This document shows positions 1 to 7,767 of a stretch of DNA of 20,000 nucleotides, one piece after another (the first letter of the stretch is position 1; every line of letters begins with the position of its first letter). The translations under genes and the position numbers were made by a program. The stretch is from IMG/VR virus record IMGVR_UViG_3300033141_005858. One strand, 5' to 3'. Source of the DNA: an uncultured virus (IMG/VR IMGVR_UViG_3300033141_005858). Its lineage: Duplodnaviria; Heunggongvirae; Uroviricota; Caudoviricetes. The notes under the pieces were generated by a model that saw only the letters and a program-made list of their open reading frames with translations, had not been told where the DNA came from and ran no database searches.

Positions 1-844
1 AAAAACTCAATTCATCTTCTTCATTATCATCAACATTAGGAACTTCACTGTCTTCTTTTCCCTTAAAACCCTCTTCCTCTTCAAAAATATCAGTAGACAC
101 ATCTGCTTGAGCCCTTCCTATTTCTTCTTCAGCCTCTTCCCGCGGGGGAAGCTCAGCCCCTCCTCTCATCTGCTCTCTTCGTTCTAGAGTAGAAAACCGC
201 CTTTCCAAAGCCTCTTCAGACATTGTCTGACCTAAACAATCAGCCAACTTATATTTAGGAGCCTCTTCTTTATAAAAAGCCTTAACTTCTTTAGCAGCCG
301 ACGTCCACAAAGCATCCCGCTTTACACCGATAGAAAGATTTTGATATTTTTCATCTTCACAAGTTAATGTCAAATCATGACCAGCTAATCTGCCTTTATC
401 ATCTCCCCATTCCTTTACTACCTCTTGAAGCCTCCAATACTTTCGGTTATCCAAAATCCAAATCTCTAACCAATATTTAAGACCGCCCGGTGAAGGTTTT
501 CCATTCAAATCTGTTTTATACCGTAGAACTCGCATCGCAAACCGTCTCTGTGGTAACTTTATCCTAGAATTACCACCAGCCATCATCCTACAAAGTGGGC
601 ATAAATCTGGATCTCCTCCTTCATCCTCAATCTTTAACAAATCCTGCACCGTTTTTGCTTTACTTATAGCATGACAATGCACATAACCAACATTCTGAAC
701 AAAATGCCTTATAGTAGCTTCCCAATCCGAAGTAGTTAAAATGTTAATCCTTGCTACCTCACCATTCTGCAATTCTAGTTTTGGAAACTGACCTCCTTTT
801 GTTTCAACCGGAGCCTCGCCTCCATTAAATTTAATAGTAGTCAT
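1..844 (-). CDS. Phage single-stranded DNA-binding protein, gp32-like (runs off the left edge)
   Basis: Not in the ORF track. Manual translation from ATG at 844 (GGAGG RBS upstream): MTTIKFNGGEAPVETKGGQFPKLELQNGEVARINIL...HFVQNVGYVHCH...DLCPLC... with a very acidic C-terminus (EEEEGFKGKEDSEVPNVDDNEEDELSF). Lies in the replication module. Confidence 0.65.
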   Translation of the reverse strand, partial: MTTIKFNGGEAPVETKGGQFPKLELQNGEVARINILTTSDWEATIRHFVQNVGYVHCHAISKAKTVQDLLKIEDEGGDPDLCPLCRMMAGGNSRIKLPQRRFAMRVLRYKTDLNGKPSPGGLKYWLEIWILDNRKYWRLQEVVKEWGDDKGRLAGHDLTLTCEDEKYQNLSIGVKRDALWTSAAKEVKAFYKEEAPKYKLADCLGQTMSEEALERRFSTLERREQMRGGAELPPREEAEEEIGRAQADVSTDIFEEEEGFKGKEDSEVPNVDDNEEDELSF

Positions 845-855
845 TATAAACCTCC

Positions 856-1260
856 TTAATCATCAAAATGACCTTGTCCCGATATTCGCATATCGACCTT
901 TATTAATTCTATTTCATAAAAAAGCATCCGCTCAAGTTCTCGCAAAACTCCTCTCAGAATAGAAATCTGCTTTTCTGCCCGCTTCAACTCAATATAAGAA
1001 TCAGAACCTTTTAAAATAAGAATCTTTTCTCTTTCATTAAAATGATAACCTTTCATAATAAGCCTTTTAGCTTCACCCTCTATATCCAATTTTTCTTCTT
1101 CTTCGCTCAGCTTTAAATGTATCTCTAACTCTTTCTGTGCAAGCCACATTAAAAAAGAACGAGTAGCTGATAACCTATTAGATAAACATTGAGGAGTCCT
1201 TTCAAAATCCAAATCTTCTAACGTTTTTTTAAATTTACTAAAAGCACTATTTAAGTCCAC
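856..1260 (-). CDS. Hypothetical helical protein (possibly a UvsY-like recombination mediator)
   Basis: 134 aa, charged and helical, directly upstream of the SSB. The function is a guess from context. Confidence 0.5.
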   Translation of the reverse strand: MDLNSAFSKFKKTLEDLDFERTPQCLSNRLSATRSFLMWLAQKELEIHLKLSEEEEKLDIEGEAKRLIMKGYHFNEREKILILKGSDSYIELKRAEKQISILRGVLRELERMLFYEIELIKVDMRISGQGHFDD

Positions 1261-1537
1261 TTAAAGCCTCCTTAACTTTAGATCTCAGCTCTTTCGATAA
1301 AACCCCAAAAATTGCTTTCGTTTCCTTCTGCTTCGTCTCCTTAGTAATAAAACCAATAGCATACTGATATAAAAGACCCTGATAAACAACAAGTGTATTC
1401 ATTAAAAGCATCTTGTCTAATAATGTACATCCTTCCCAAACCTTCTCATTCACATCAGATTCATCCAACTCAAAATATGCAGTATGCTGTTCAAATTCTC
1501 GCTGACCCGGCAAACTTACTTTATTTGATACTTTCAT
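1247..1537 (-). CDS. Hypothetical protein
   Basis: Start moved to ATG 1537 (MKVSNK...), which forms a TAATG overlap with the upstream stop and has a GGAG RBS. Confidence 0.6.
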   Translation of the reverse strand: MKVSNKVSLPGQREFEQHTAYFELDESDVNEKVWEGCTLLDKMLLMNTLVVYQGLLYQYAIGFITKETKQKETKAIFGVLSKELRSKVKEALSGLK

Positions 1538-2289
1538 TAAACATCTCCAAACTTTTTTCTTTTTTGTTGCATGTATTGGATTAACCAAAATTGATCCTTA
1601 ATTAAATTCTTCCGGTAAACTGCCATGTACTCTAAAACAACTTCTCTGATTTTAAGATCCGGAACTGTAAATAACTTCGAAAGAAGCCGGTTAGGATTAA
1701 TTTCTTCTGTCCGCTTAAATATAGGCAAATGCTGAGCTTTCCCTAACCTACTAGAAACATGTAAAATCTTTGTGTATGGAATAAAGCTTCTTAAAAAAGT
1801 ATAATTTGACACCCCTGTATCCAAATGAGAAAAATCAATACATAAACCTAAAAAATCTCCTTCTAAATACTTCCCATACTTCCCCACCGCATAAACAGGA
1901 TCTGCCAATGAATTTCTTTTTCTACTTTTTGCAGGAAAGTTCTCTAAGCATAAAGTATACAATCCATTATTAACAACGGTTTCCACAACTTCATCCATCT
2001 CATATATCCAAGGATGAATAACAAATAAATCCACATTAAACATTTCGCTTAAATTAGTAACCACCCCATCAGGTCGAAAATCAAGTGCTCCTAATCCATT
2101 AGGCAAATGAATAGATGTTATGTTATCCTCATAATCTCCTATCAAACTCGGAGCCAAATCCAAATCATTTCTCGCATGAAAACTCAAATGCACATTAAAA
2201 TCATAACTATCTATTACAGATTTTACAAACTGTACATCTGCTTCATCCTTCACAAACACACCCACACTTGGCTTCATTTTATTTTTCAT
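1537..2289 (-). CDS. Xylose isomerase-like / AP endonuclease 2 TIM-barrel protein
   Basis: Motifs SIHLP, VIHP, LCLEN, LCIDFSH, ILHVS, QHLP, VVLE match the metal-binding pattern of this fold. Confidence 0.7.
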   Translation of the reverse strand: MKNKMKPSVGVFVKDEADVQFVKSVIDSYDFNVHLSFHARNDLDLAPSLIGDYEDNITSIHLPNGLGALDFRPDGVVTNLSEMFNVDLFVIHPWIYEMDEVVETVVNNGLYTLCLENFPAKSRKRNSLADPVYAVGKYGKYLEGDFLGLCIDFSHLDTGVSNYTFLRSFIPYTKILHVSSRLGKAQHLPIFKRTEEINPNRLLSKLFTVPDLKIREVVLEYMAVYRKNLIKDQFWLIQYMQQKRKKFGDV

Positions 2290-2683
2290 GGAACTTCCTC
2301 CTCCAAGCTTCGTCTATCTCATTAATAGCTCGTTTAATATTTACTTCTCCCGGAAGTATTATTCTCCTTTGTGCTTTCTGCCGCCCTTCCATCACAGCCC
2401 CAAACATATCCTCAACAAATTTAACTACCCTTTCCTTATTTACGGTCTGCTGAACCCGCTCAAACTGCTCATCCGTAATCTGCAAAGCCTCTAACCAATC
2501 AATATAACCCCGCTTCAACCCATTAAAAAACATATGCTCCTCTTTAAAACCCCTATCTTTAGTAATCTTCTCCATATTAATTATAGCCAAATATCTCGTA
2601 ATCATTTCTGTTATGTCATAATGTACCGGCTTGGTCTTCATTTTTAATTTTGTTTTAGGTACTTTTGGCTTGTTTTTTATCAT
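2279..2683 (-). CDS. Hypothetical protein
   Basis: 134-aa ORF, translationally coupled to both neighbours. Confidence 0.6.
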   Translation of the reverse strand: MIKNKPKVPKTKLKMKTKPVHYDITEMITRYLAIINMEKITKDRGFKEEHMFFNGLKRGYIDWLEALQITDEQFERVQQTVNKERVVKFVEDMFGAVMEGRQKAQRRIILPGEVNIKRAINEIDEAWRRKFHEK

Positions 2684-3270
2684 TATACTAAACCTCTAAC
2701 ATTTAATTCATTTATCATCCGGGATTCATTTACATCTTTTTTAACTTTATGAGCCATCTCCTCCACCTTCTCTTTACTCAATGAAATCCCCAAATCATCA
2801 TAAAGCAAAGGCAAATATAAATGAGGAGAAGCCACTAATAAATCAAATGACACTATAACAAAACCAGCCTGCTTTACATTTTCTATGTATTTAAAAATAA
2901 CACTATAAGCACGCCTCAAATTACAATAACTATCCTCAAGCGTATTAACATGCCTACGCTCCACCTGACTCCTTGCAGTAGCCGGAAAATTTCTAGTTGT
3001 CACCACAAACATACCTTCATCTTCTTGAAAACCTCCAGCCTCTTGAAATTTTCGATAAAGCCCACTTAAATCCCACCACTTGTTCGCATGAGGAACACTT
3101 CTTCGCCATACATAAGATGAATTATTAATTAAACGATCTCCATTCAAAATAACATCATCTAACAACTGAACATCCCCAGCATCTCCTTTACAACCACCAT
3201 GAATTAATATTTCAGTCGTCAGTTTAGTTCCAGTCGACTCTCCACCCACCACAAAATAAAACTTTTTCAC
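2683..3270 (-). CDS. Sulfotransferase-like P-loop protein
   Basis: N-terminal VVGGESTGTKLT resembles the 5'-PSB motif GxxRSGTT. VVTTRN...S resembles 3'-PB. Also VSFDLLVASP. Confidence 0.55.
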   Translation of the reverse strand: MKKFYFVVGGESTGTKLTTEILIHGGCKGDAGDVQLLDDVILNGDRLINNSSYVWRRSVPHANKWWDLSGLYRKFQEAGGFQEDEGMFVVTTRNFPATARSQVERRHVNTLEDSYCNLRRAYSVIFKYIENVKQAGFVIVSFDLLVASPHLYLPLLYDDLGISLSKEKVEEMAHKVKKDVNESRMINELNVRGLV

Positions 3271-4274
3271 TGAATCCTCCTTTCAATTTTATCAATGATC
3301 TCTAAAGCCCGCTCTCCCATACTATCTAAAGAAAAATGCTCTCTTACAAATTTCGAGGCTTTCCGCCCCTTTGATAAAGCCTGAGGATAATTTTTATACA
3401 CTTTCATCATAACCATACCAGCATCTTCTATATCAATATCTGCCATCCTAGTCATACAACCATAATCCATATCAACAAGGTTGTACTTAATAGGATATGA
3501 ATGCCTTTTATCCATATAATCTTTCATCCCGCTCCAAGCTGGACCTAGCACAGGCAACCCAGTAGACATAGCCTCCAACGGAGGCAATCCCTGACCTTCA
3601 CCACGACTCGGAAATAAAAAAACATGAGATTTATGATACAATTTACAAAGCTCCTCTCTACTTAACTTTCGAACATCAATCTTAGCTTGAAACTTTGGGA
3701 GGTCTCTCTCATATTCATTACCACTCCTTACTGTTGATTTTATAATTAACTCTACATTATTAATACCCTTTTCAACGAAAGTCTGCAACCAAGCTTTTAA
3801 CATTAAATCATAACCTTTTCGAAAACCAGGGGCTCCGACCCATAAAAATTGAAATTTTTCGGGAGTCCTCTCCCGTTCAATAAAAGGAAAGGACTCCACA
3901 TCTATGCCAAGCCTGCATGTGTAAATCGTTTTGGGGTAACCACCCCACTTTATTGCCCTCCGACTATTCTCCGAAGGCACGATTACAAAATCAGCAGGCA
4001 TTATATATTCCATCATATCTTCCGGCATATGATGCGACTCCCACATAGTAAATAATACATTAACCTTACCCTTTACCGGAGTAAAATGCATAGGAGGAAC
4101 ATAATGAATATAAATACCACACTCCGGACCCCCCAAGGCGCCTACTCGCTCAAGTACCTTTGCAAATAAACTTCTCCCAGTTACATAACCTAAAACGGTA
4201 TCTCTAGCCTTAAATTCAGCCTCTGTCCGCTTTGATTTTTCTCCGGCAATTACAAAAACCTTAGAAGTACTCAT
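3267..4274 (-). CDS. Glycosyltransferase family 4 (GT-B)
   Basis: FTMWES, VIVPS, FLWVG...RKGYD, FLFPSRGEGQGLPPLEAMSTGLPV. Confidence 0.9.
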   Translation of the reverse strand: MSTSKVFVIAGEKSKRTEAEFKARDTVLGYVTGRSLFAKVLERVGALGGPECGIYIHYVPPMHFTPVKGKVNVLFTMWESHHMPEDMMEYIMPADFVIVPSENSRRAIKWGGYPKTIYTCRLGIDVESFPFIERERTPEKFQFLWVGAPGFRKGYDLMLKAWLQTFVEKGINNVELIIKSTVRSGNEYERDLPKFQAKIDVRKLSREELCKLYHKSHVFLFPSRGEGQGLPPLEAMSTGLPVLGPAWSGMKDYMDKRHSYPIKYNLVDMDYGCMTRMADIDIEDAGMVMMKVYKNYPQALSKGRKASKFVREHFSLDSMGERALEIIDKIERRIQ

Positions 4275-6408
4275 AAAAATTACCTCCTGTCATTAACATC
4301 AATTTATCCCTGTCCTTCATATCTATAGAAGTTTTAACAGGAAGCCTCCGCTCCTCTTCCCCCAATTTTAAAATAAGCCCATTCACCCCAGGCTTGCTCT
4401 TAATGTATGCTTTCAACTCCTCCAGCACACTTTTATTCATGGTCGCTAAAAGATGCTCAGGCAAATCTAATACAAAAATCCTCTCTCCCGGCTCCTCTTT
4501 TTCATCACCAGAAAGCTCCTTTAAAAGCTTCTCAACATCTCCATTATAATCTTTAAGCTCTTTCATGCTCCCCCAACGATAACCAACACTTGTATTCACA
4601 GGAATTTCAATTCTAGCCCTAAAACCATCTTCCTCCTTTAAGATAAACTTTAAAACCTTCTCAGCCTCCTTTATAAATCCAGATATATTAATTTCCTCAG
4701 GAACCTCATAAGTCAAAGAGTCATGTGTAGTCATTATCAACTTTACTTTGTCTTTAAATACTTTATCCATTTTCAACATCTTCATTTTGAGAATATCTGC
4801 CGAGGTTCCCTGAATCACCGCATTATAAGCCATCCTATCAGCGTCTTCTCTCTTTTCCCAATCCCATACAGAAATATATCTACCAAAAATTGTTTCAACC
4901 CTCCCCCGCGGTCGACCCTCTTTCGCAATCTTTGAAGCCCCATCAAACATCAACCTGTACGCCTCAATGTATTTTCTCCTGAACATCTGAGCTTGTTTAA
5001 ATGAAATATCCATCTCTTCACGCAGCTCATGAAAAAGAGCATTTGCTCCCATCCCATAACTTAAAGCAAAATTCAACTTCTTTCCCAGGTACCTCTGCTT
5101 CTTCGTCACCTTGTCTAAAGGGATCTCAAACACTAAAGAAGCTGTTTTTGTATGATAATCTTCACCTTTTTGAAAAGTGTTCACCAAAGCAGGCTCCCCC
5201 GTCACAGCAGCCGCTACCCTTGCTTCGATCTGAGAATAATCAAACTCCACTAAAAAGCTCCCCTCCGGAGCTATAAAACCTTCTCTCGTATTTATTTCAA
5301 TCTCTTTCCCATCTTTCAATTTCCATTTTTCTTTTCTTGGTATATTCTGTAAATTCGGAGAAGAACAACTAAACCGACCAGTAGGAACCCCAGTTTGATT
5401 ATAAGAAGCATGGATACGTCCATCATCTTCAACATAACCCAGATATTTATTATAATAGGTAGTAGCTCTTTTACTTATCTCTTTGAAAGCAATAATATCA
5501 CGAACAATCGGATACTTCCACTTCATCTTGTTCAACGATTTTTTATCCACTTTAGGTCTTCCTGTCTTAGTATACCCATCACAAGGATAACCCAAAACAT
5601 TAAACAAAACCTCTCCCAACTGCTGTGTGCTGGCTACATTAAAAGAAACCTCCTCCCCAGCCTCAACAGACACCTGAGCTTCAATGGATTTATGAAGAGC
5701 AGAAAGCTCCAAATCTAACCTCTCCTGCTCCTTTTTAAAATAAACCTTGTCAATTAAAACACCATTCTTTATCATCTTGTAAACAACCGGCATCAAACGA
5801 CTCTCTATTTTATAAATCAAGCTCTTCTCAACTAAAGGCTTTAACTTTTTGTAAAGAAGATAACACGCTAAGGCATCCCTCCCACAATAATCAGCCACCT
5901 TATCAGTAGGTAAAGCCCCGATTGTGGCTTTCCTCGGATTTAAACCTTCCTCCTGCATGAACTCTTTAAAACTACCAACTTTAAATGGTAACCTTTCAAC
6001 TTCCGCTACCTCTTTAAGGGATAACCCACGATAACGACCTATAACATAACTCATTATCATAGGATCATATACTTCACAATTGTGGACTATACCCTCAGTC
6101 TCTTCCAAAAAACTAAGCTCAAATTGAGCATTGAATGCAATAAATGGATAATCTGTAAATAAACCTCTCAGCACCCTCATAGCCTCTACTCCATCAAAAG
6201 GCTGATCATGCTGATGCCTAAAAGGCACATAAAAAGCCCCATCTTTTGACGTACAGATGCTTGCTCCGACGATCCGCCCGCTACTGCGGCTTAAAGAATC
6301 AGTTTCAATATCCAGACTGTACAGCACTTTTTTCTTCATCAACTGATCAACAATTCTTTTAAGCTTCTCTAAATCCCGGATAACCGGAAATTTAAAAACT
6401 TCACCCAT
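4261..6408 (-). CDS. polA: Family A DNA polymerase (3'-5' exonuclease + polymerase, no 5'-3' exonuclease)
   Basis: ExoI DIET, ExoII FNAQFE, ExoIII YCGRDA, TGRFSCSSPNLQNIP, motif A DYSQIEAR, motif B RYLGKKLNFALSYG, motif C THDS. Start moved to ATG 6408 behind AAGGAG, because the ORF-track start 6444 lies in the repeat array. Confidence 0.95.
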   Translation of the reverse strand: MGEVFKFPVIRDLEKLKRIVDQLMKKKVLYSLDIETDSLSRSSGRIVGASICTSKDGAFYVPFRHQHDQPFDGVEAMRVLRGLFTDYPFIAFNAQFELSFLEETEGIVHNCEVYDPMIMSYVIGRYRGLSLKEVAEVERLPFKVGSFKEFMQEEGLNPRKATIGALPTDKVADYCGRDALACYLLYKKLKPLVEKSLIYKIESRLMPVVYKMIKNGVLIDKVYFKKEQERLDLELSALHKSIEAQVSVEAGEEVSFNVASTQQLGEVLFNVLGYPCDGYTKTGRPKVDKKSLNKMKWKYPIVRDIIAFKEISKRATTYYNKYLGYVEDDGRIHASYNQTGVPTGRFSCSSPNLQNIPRKEKWKLKDGKEIEINTREGFIAPEGSFLVEFDYSQIEARVAAAVTGEPALVNTFQKGEDYHTKTASLVFEIPLDKVTKKQRYLGKKLNFALSYGMGANALFHELREEMDISFKQAQMFRRKYIEAYRLMFDGASKIAKEGRPRGRVETIFGRYISVWDWEKREDADRMAYNAVIQGTSADILKMKMLKMDKVFKDKVKLIMTTHDSLTYEVPEEINISGFIKEAEKVLKFILKEEDGFRARIEIPVNTSVGYRWGSMKELKDYNGDVEKLLKELSGDEKEEPGERIFVLDLPEHLLATMNKSVLEELKAYIKSKPGVNGLILKLGEEERRLPVKTSIDMKDRDKLMLMTGGNFYEYF

Positions 6409-6412
6409 TTCG

Positions 6413-6432
6413 CACTCCTTTAAATAAATTTT
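6413..6432 (-). repeat. 20-bp direct repeat / RBS leader, copy 1 (polA)
   Basis: CACTCCTTTAAATAAATTTT is identical to 7567-7586. The minus strand contains AAGGAG. Confidence 0.9.
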
Positions 6433-6613
6433 CGCTTTGATCACTTGGGTTCCTTGATTCTCATGACTCGCTTACAGTTAGTGGTCGTCTTGGTTTTCAT
6501 GGCTCGCTTAGAGGTCGTGGACTTCTTTTCCCTCTTGGCTCGCTTACCGGTCATGGGTTTCTTTTGAAACTTGGCTCGCTTAGGTAACATGGATACCTTT
6601 CCTCTCTTGGCTT
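6428..6613 (-). ncRNA. TIGR-like array (downstream), 5 units of 36 nt
   Basis: On the + strand TG(G/A)CTCGCT recurs at 6464, 6500, 6536 and 6572, with partial copies at 6428 and 6608. A second repeat TGGNNNNCT lies at 6446, 6482, 6518, 6554 and 6590. Variable 9-nt spacers lie between them. Confidence 0.88.
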
Positions 6614-7562
6614 AGTAAATCCATCCTCGCTTCTTCGGCTCAATAGTCTTGTGACCAGACTTCAAAACACTCTCTGCATATAAAGAATCTGTAGGCAGCC
6701 CCTTTAAAGTCCTCCCAACCCACCACCAGTCAGCAAGAAAATTCTTCATCACAATACGTAAACCATGCCCATGGCGATGGCTTGGCTTTACATCTTTCCA
6801 GGAACACTCAATTAACTGCCCCTTTGTATTCCTGCTCTTAACTAATGCAACACTCCTCTCTTTCTTCGCCTTCGCTCTGTCATAAACACCCCTGTAAGCT
6901 CCCTTAGACTTCACCTGGCTGTCAGCCATTGTGTAAAGAATAGTCCTCAAATTCTTGTTGCCTCCACTGGATTTCCCCTTCGTAAACCTCTCATGACTTG
7001 AAGTATGTAACCCAGCATATTTCCATAAACTCGAAGCATGCCGCGCCTTCTCAAGATCAATATAAACTAAACAATAAGCAACAGTCACTTCACCAACACC
7101 TTTAACCTGAAGTGCAGACTTGGCTAAGGAGTCCAGCTCCGCATACTCCCTAACAGCCCTCTTCAACTTCTTATCCCGGTCATCTAAAACTTTCTTAACC
7201 CGCTGCCTCTCTTCTTCTAAAAAAGTAACCGTCTGTTCATTTAAAATATCAGTCTTTCTCTGATAAGCCAATAGCTGGTTATTAATTTTCATGTAAGTCT
7301 TCATAACCTGCTTCCGGTCATCAACTAATGCTTTTAAATTCTCAAACTCTTCTTCCCGCTTTCTAAAAGTCCCATGCCTCTTCATGTGACAAATAGGATG
7401 AGCAATTCTGTAGTTTTTAGCATCATAACCCCCTCCATTTGCCTTCGGATTAACCCTATCCGTATCAATAAGAGAATACTCTCCCTCAATAGGTAACCCA
7501 CATAATGCACAAATTTTTCCTTTCGTCTTAATGTAACTCTCTTTTAATCCTTCTTTGCTCAT
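6612..7562 (-). CDS. tasH: TIGR-associated protein, TasH-like (HNH + coiled coil + Nop/IS110-like RNA-binding domain)
   Basis: N-terminal CALC...IDTDRVNPKANGGG...N...HPICHMKRH (HNH fold), then a coiled coil, then VKGVGEVTVAYCL...ASSLWKYAGL...GGNKNLRTILY (Nop/Transposase_20-like). No DEDD RuvC domain. Flanked by dual-repeat 36-nt arrays. Confidence 0.85.
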   Translation of the reverse strand: MSKEGLKESYIKTKGKICALCGLPIEGEYSLIDTDRVNPKANGGGYDAKNYRIAHPICHMKRHGTFRKREEEFENLKALVDDRKQVMKTYMKINNQLLAYQRKTDILNEQTVTFLEEERQRVKKVLDDRDKKLKRAVREYAELDSLAKSALQVKGVGEVTVAYCLVYIDLEKARHASSLWKYAGLHTSSHERFTKGKSSGGNKNLRTILYTMADSQVKSKGAYRGVYDRAKAKKERSVALVKSRNTKGQLIECSWKDVKPSHRHGHGLRIVMKNFLADWWWVGRTLKGLPTDSLYAESVLKSGHKTIEPKKRGWIY

Positions 7563-7566
7563 TGAT

Positions 7567-7586
7567 CACTCCTTTAAATAAATTTT
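7567..7586 (-). repeat. 20-bp direct repeat / RBS leader, copy 2 (tasH)
   Basis: Identical to 6413-6432. Confidence 0.9.
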
Positions 7587-7587
7587 T

Positions 7588-7759
7588 TGGTTTTCTTCGC
7601 CTTTTTGACTCGCTTTCAAGTCATGGGCTTCTCGACTGTATTGGCTCACTCTCATGCAATGGGTTTCTCGTTTATCCTGGCTCGCTTCCATGATCTAGGT
7701 TTCTTGTTGGCTGTGACTCGCTTCCAGTATCTGGGTTTCTTATTGGCTGTGACTCGCTC
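7588..7759 (-). ncRNA. TIGR-like array (upstream), 4 full units + 1 partial
   Basis: Repeat TG(G/A)CTC(G/A)CT at 7606, 7642, 7678, 7714, 7750. Repeat T(G/A)G(G/T)(T/C)TTCT at 7588, 7624, 7660, 7696, 7732. Exact 36-nt period with 9-nt spacers. Confidence 0.9.
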
Positions 7760-7767
7760 TTTATACC

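Noticed and set aside
6409..6444. N-terminal extension of polA in the ORF track
   Set aside because: It overlaps the array and the RBS. ATG 6408 is the better start.
6994..7497. Other short spacer matches inside tasH (TGACTTGAA at 6994-7002; AATAGGTAAC at 7488-7497)
   Set aside because: Only 9-10 nt and the partner spacer does not match. Several such hits are expected by chance in AT-rich DNA.
6612..7562. IS110 transposase or simple HNH homing endonuclease
   Set aside because: No N-terminal DEDD RuvC domain and no obvious catalytic SG motif. The flanking dual-repeat arrays fit a Tas protein better.
6428..7759. CRISPR array
   Set aside because: Repeats and spacers are only 9 nt, two repeat types alternate, and no cas genes are present.
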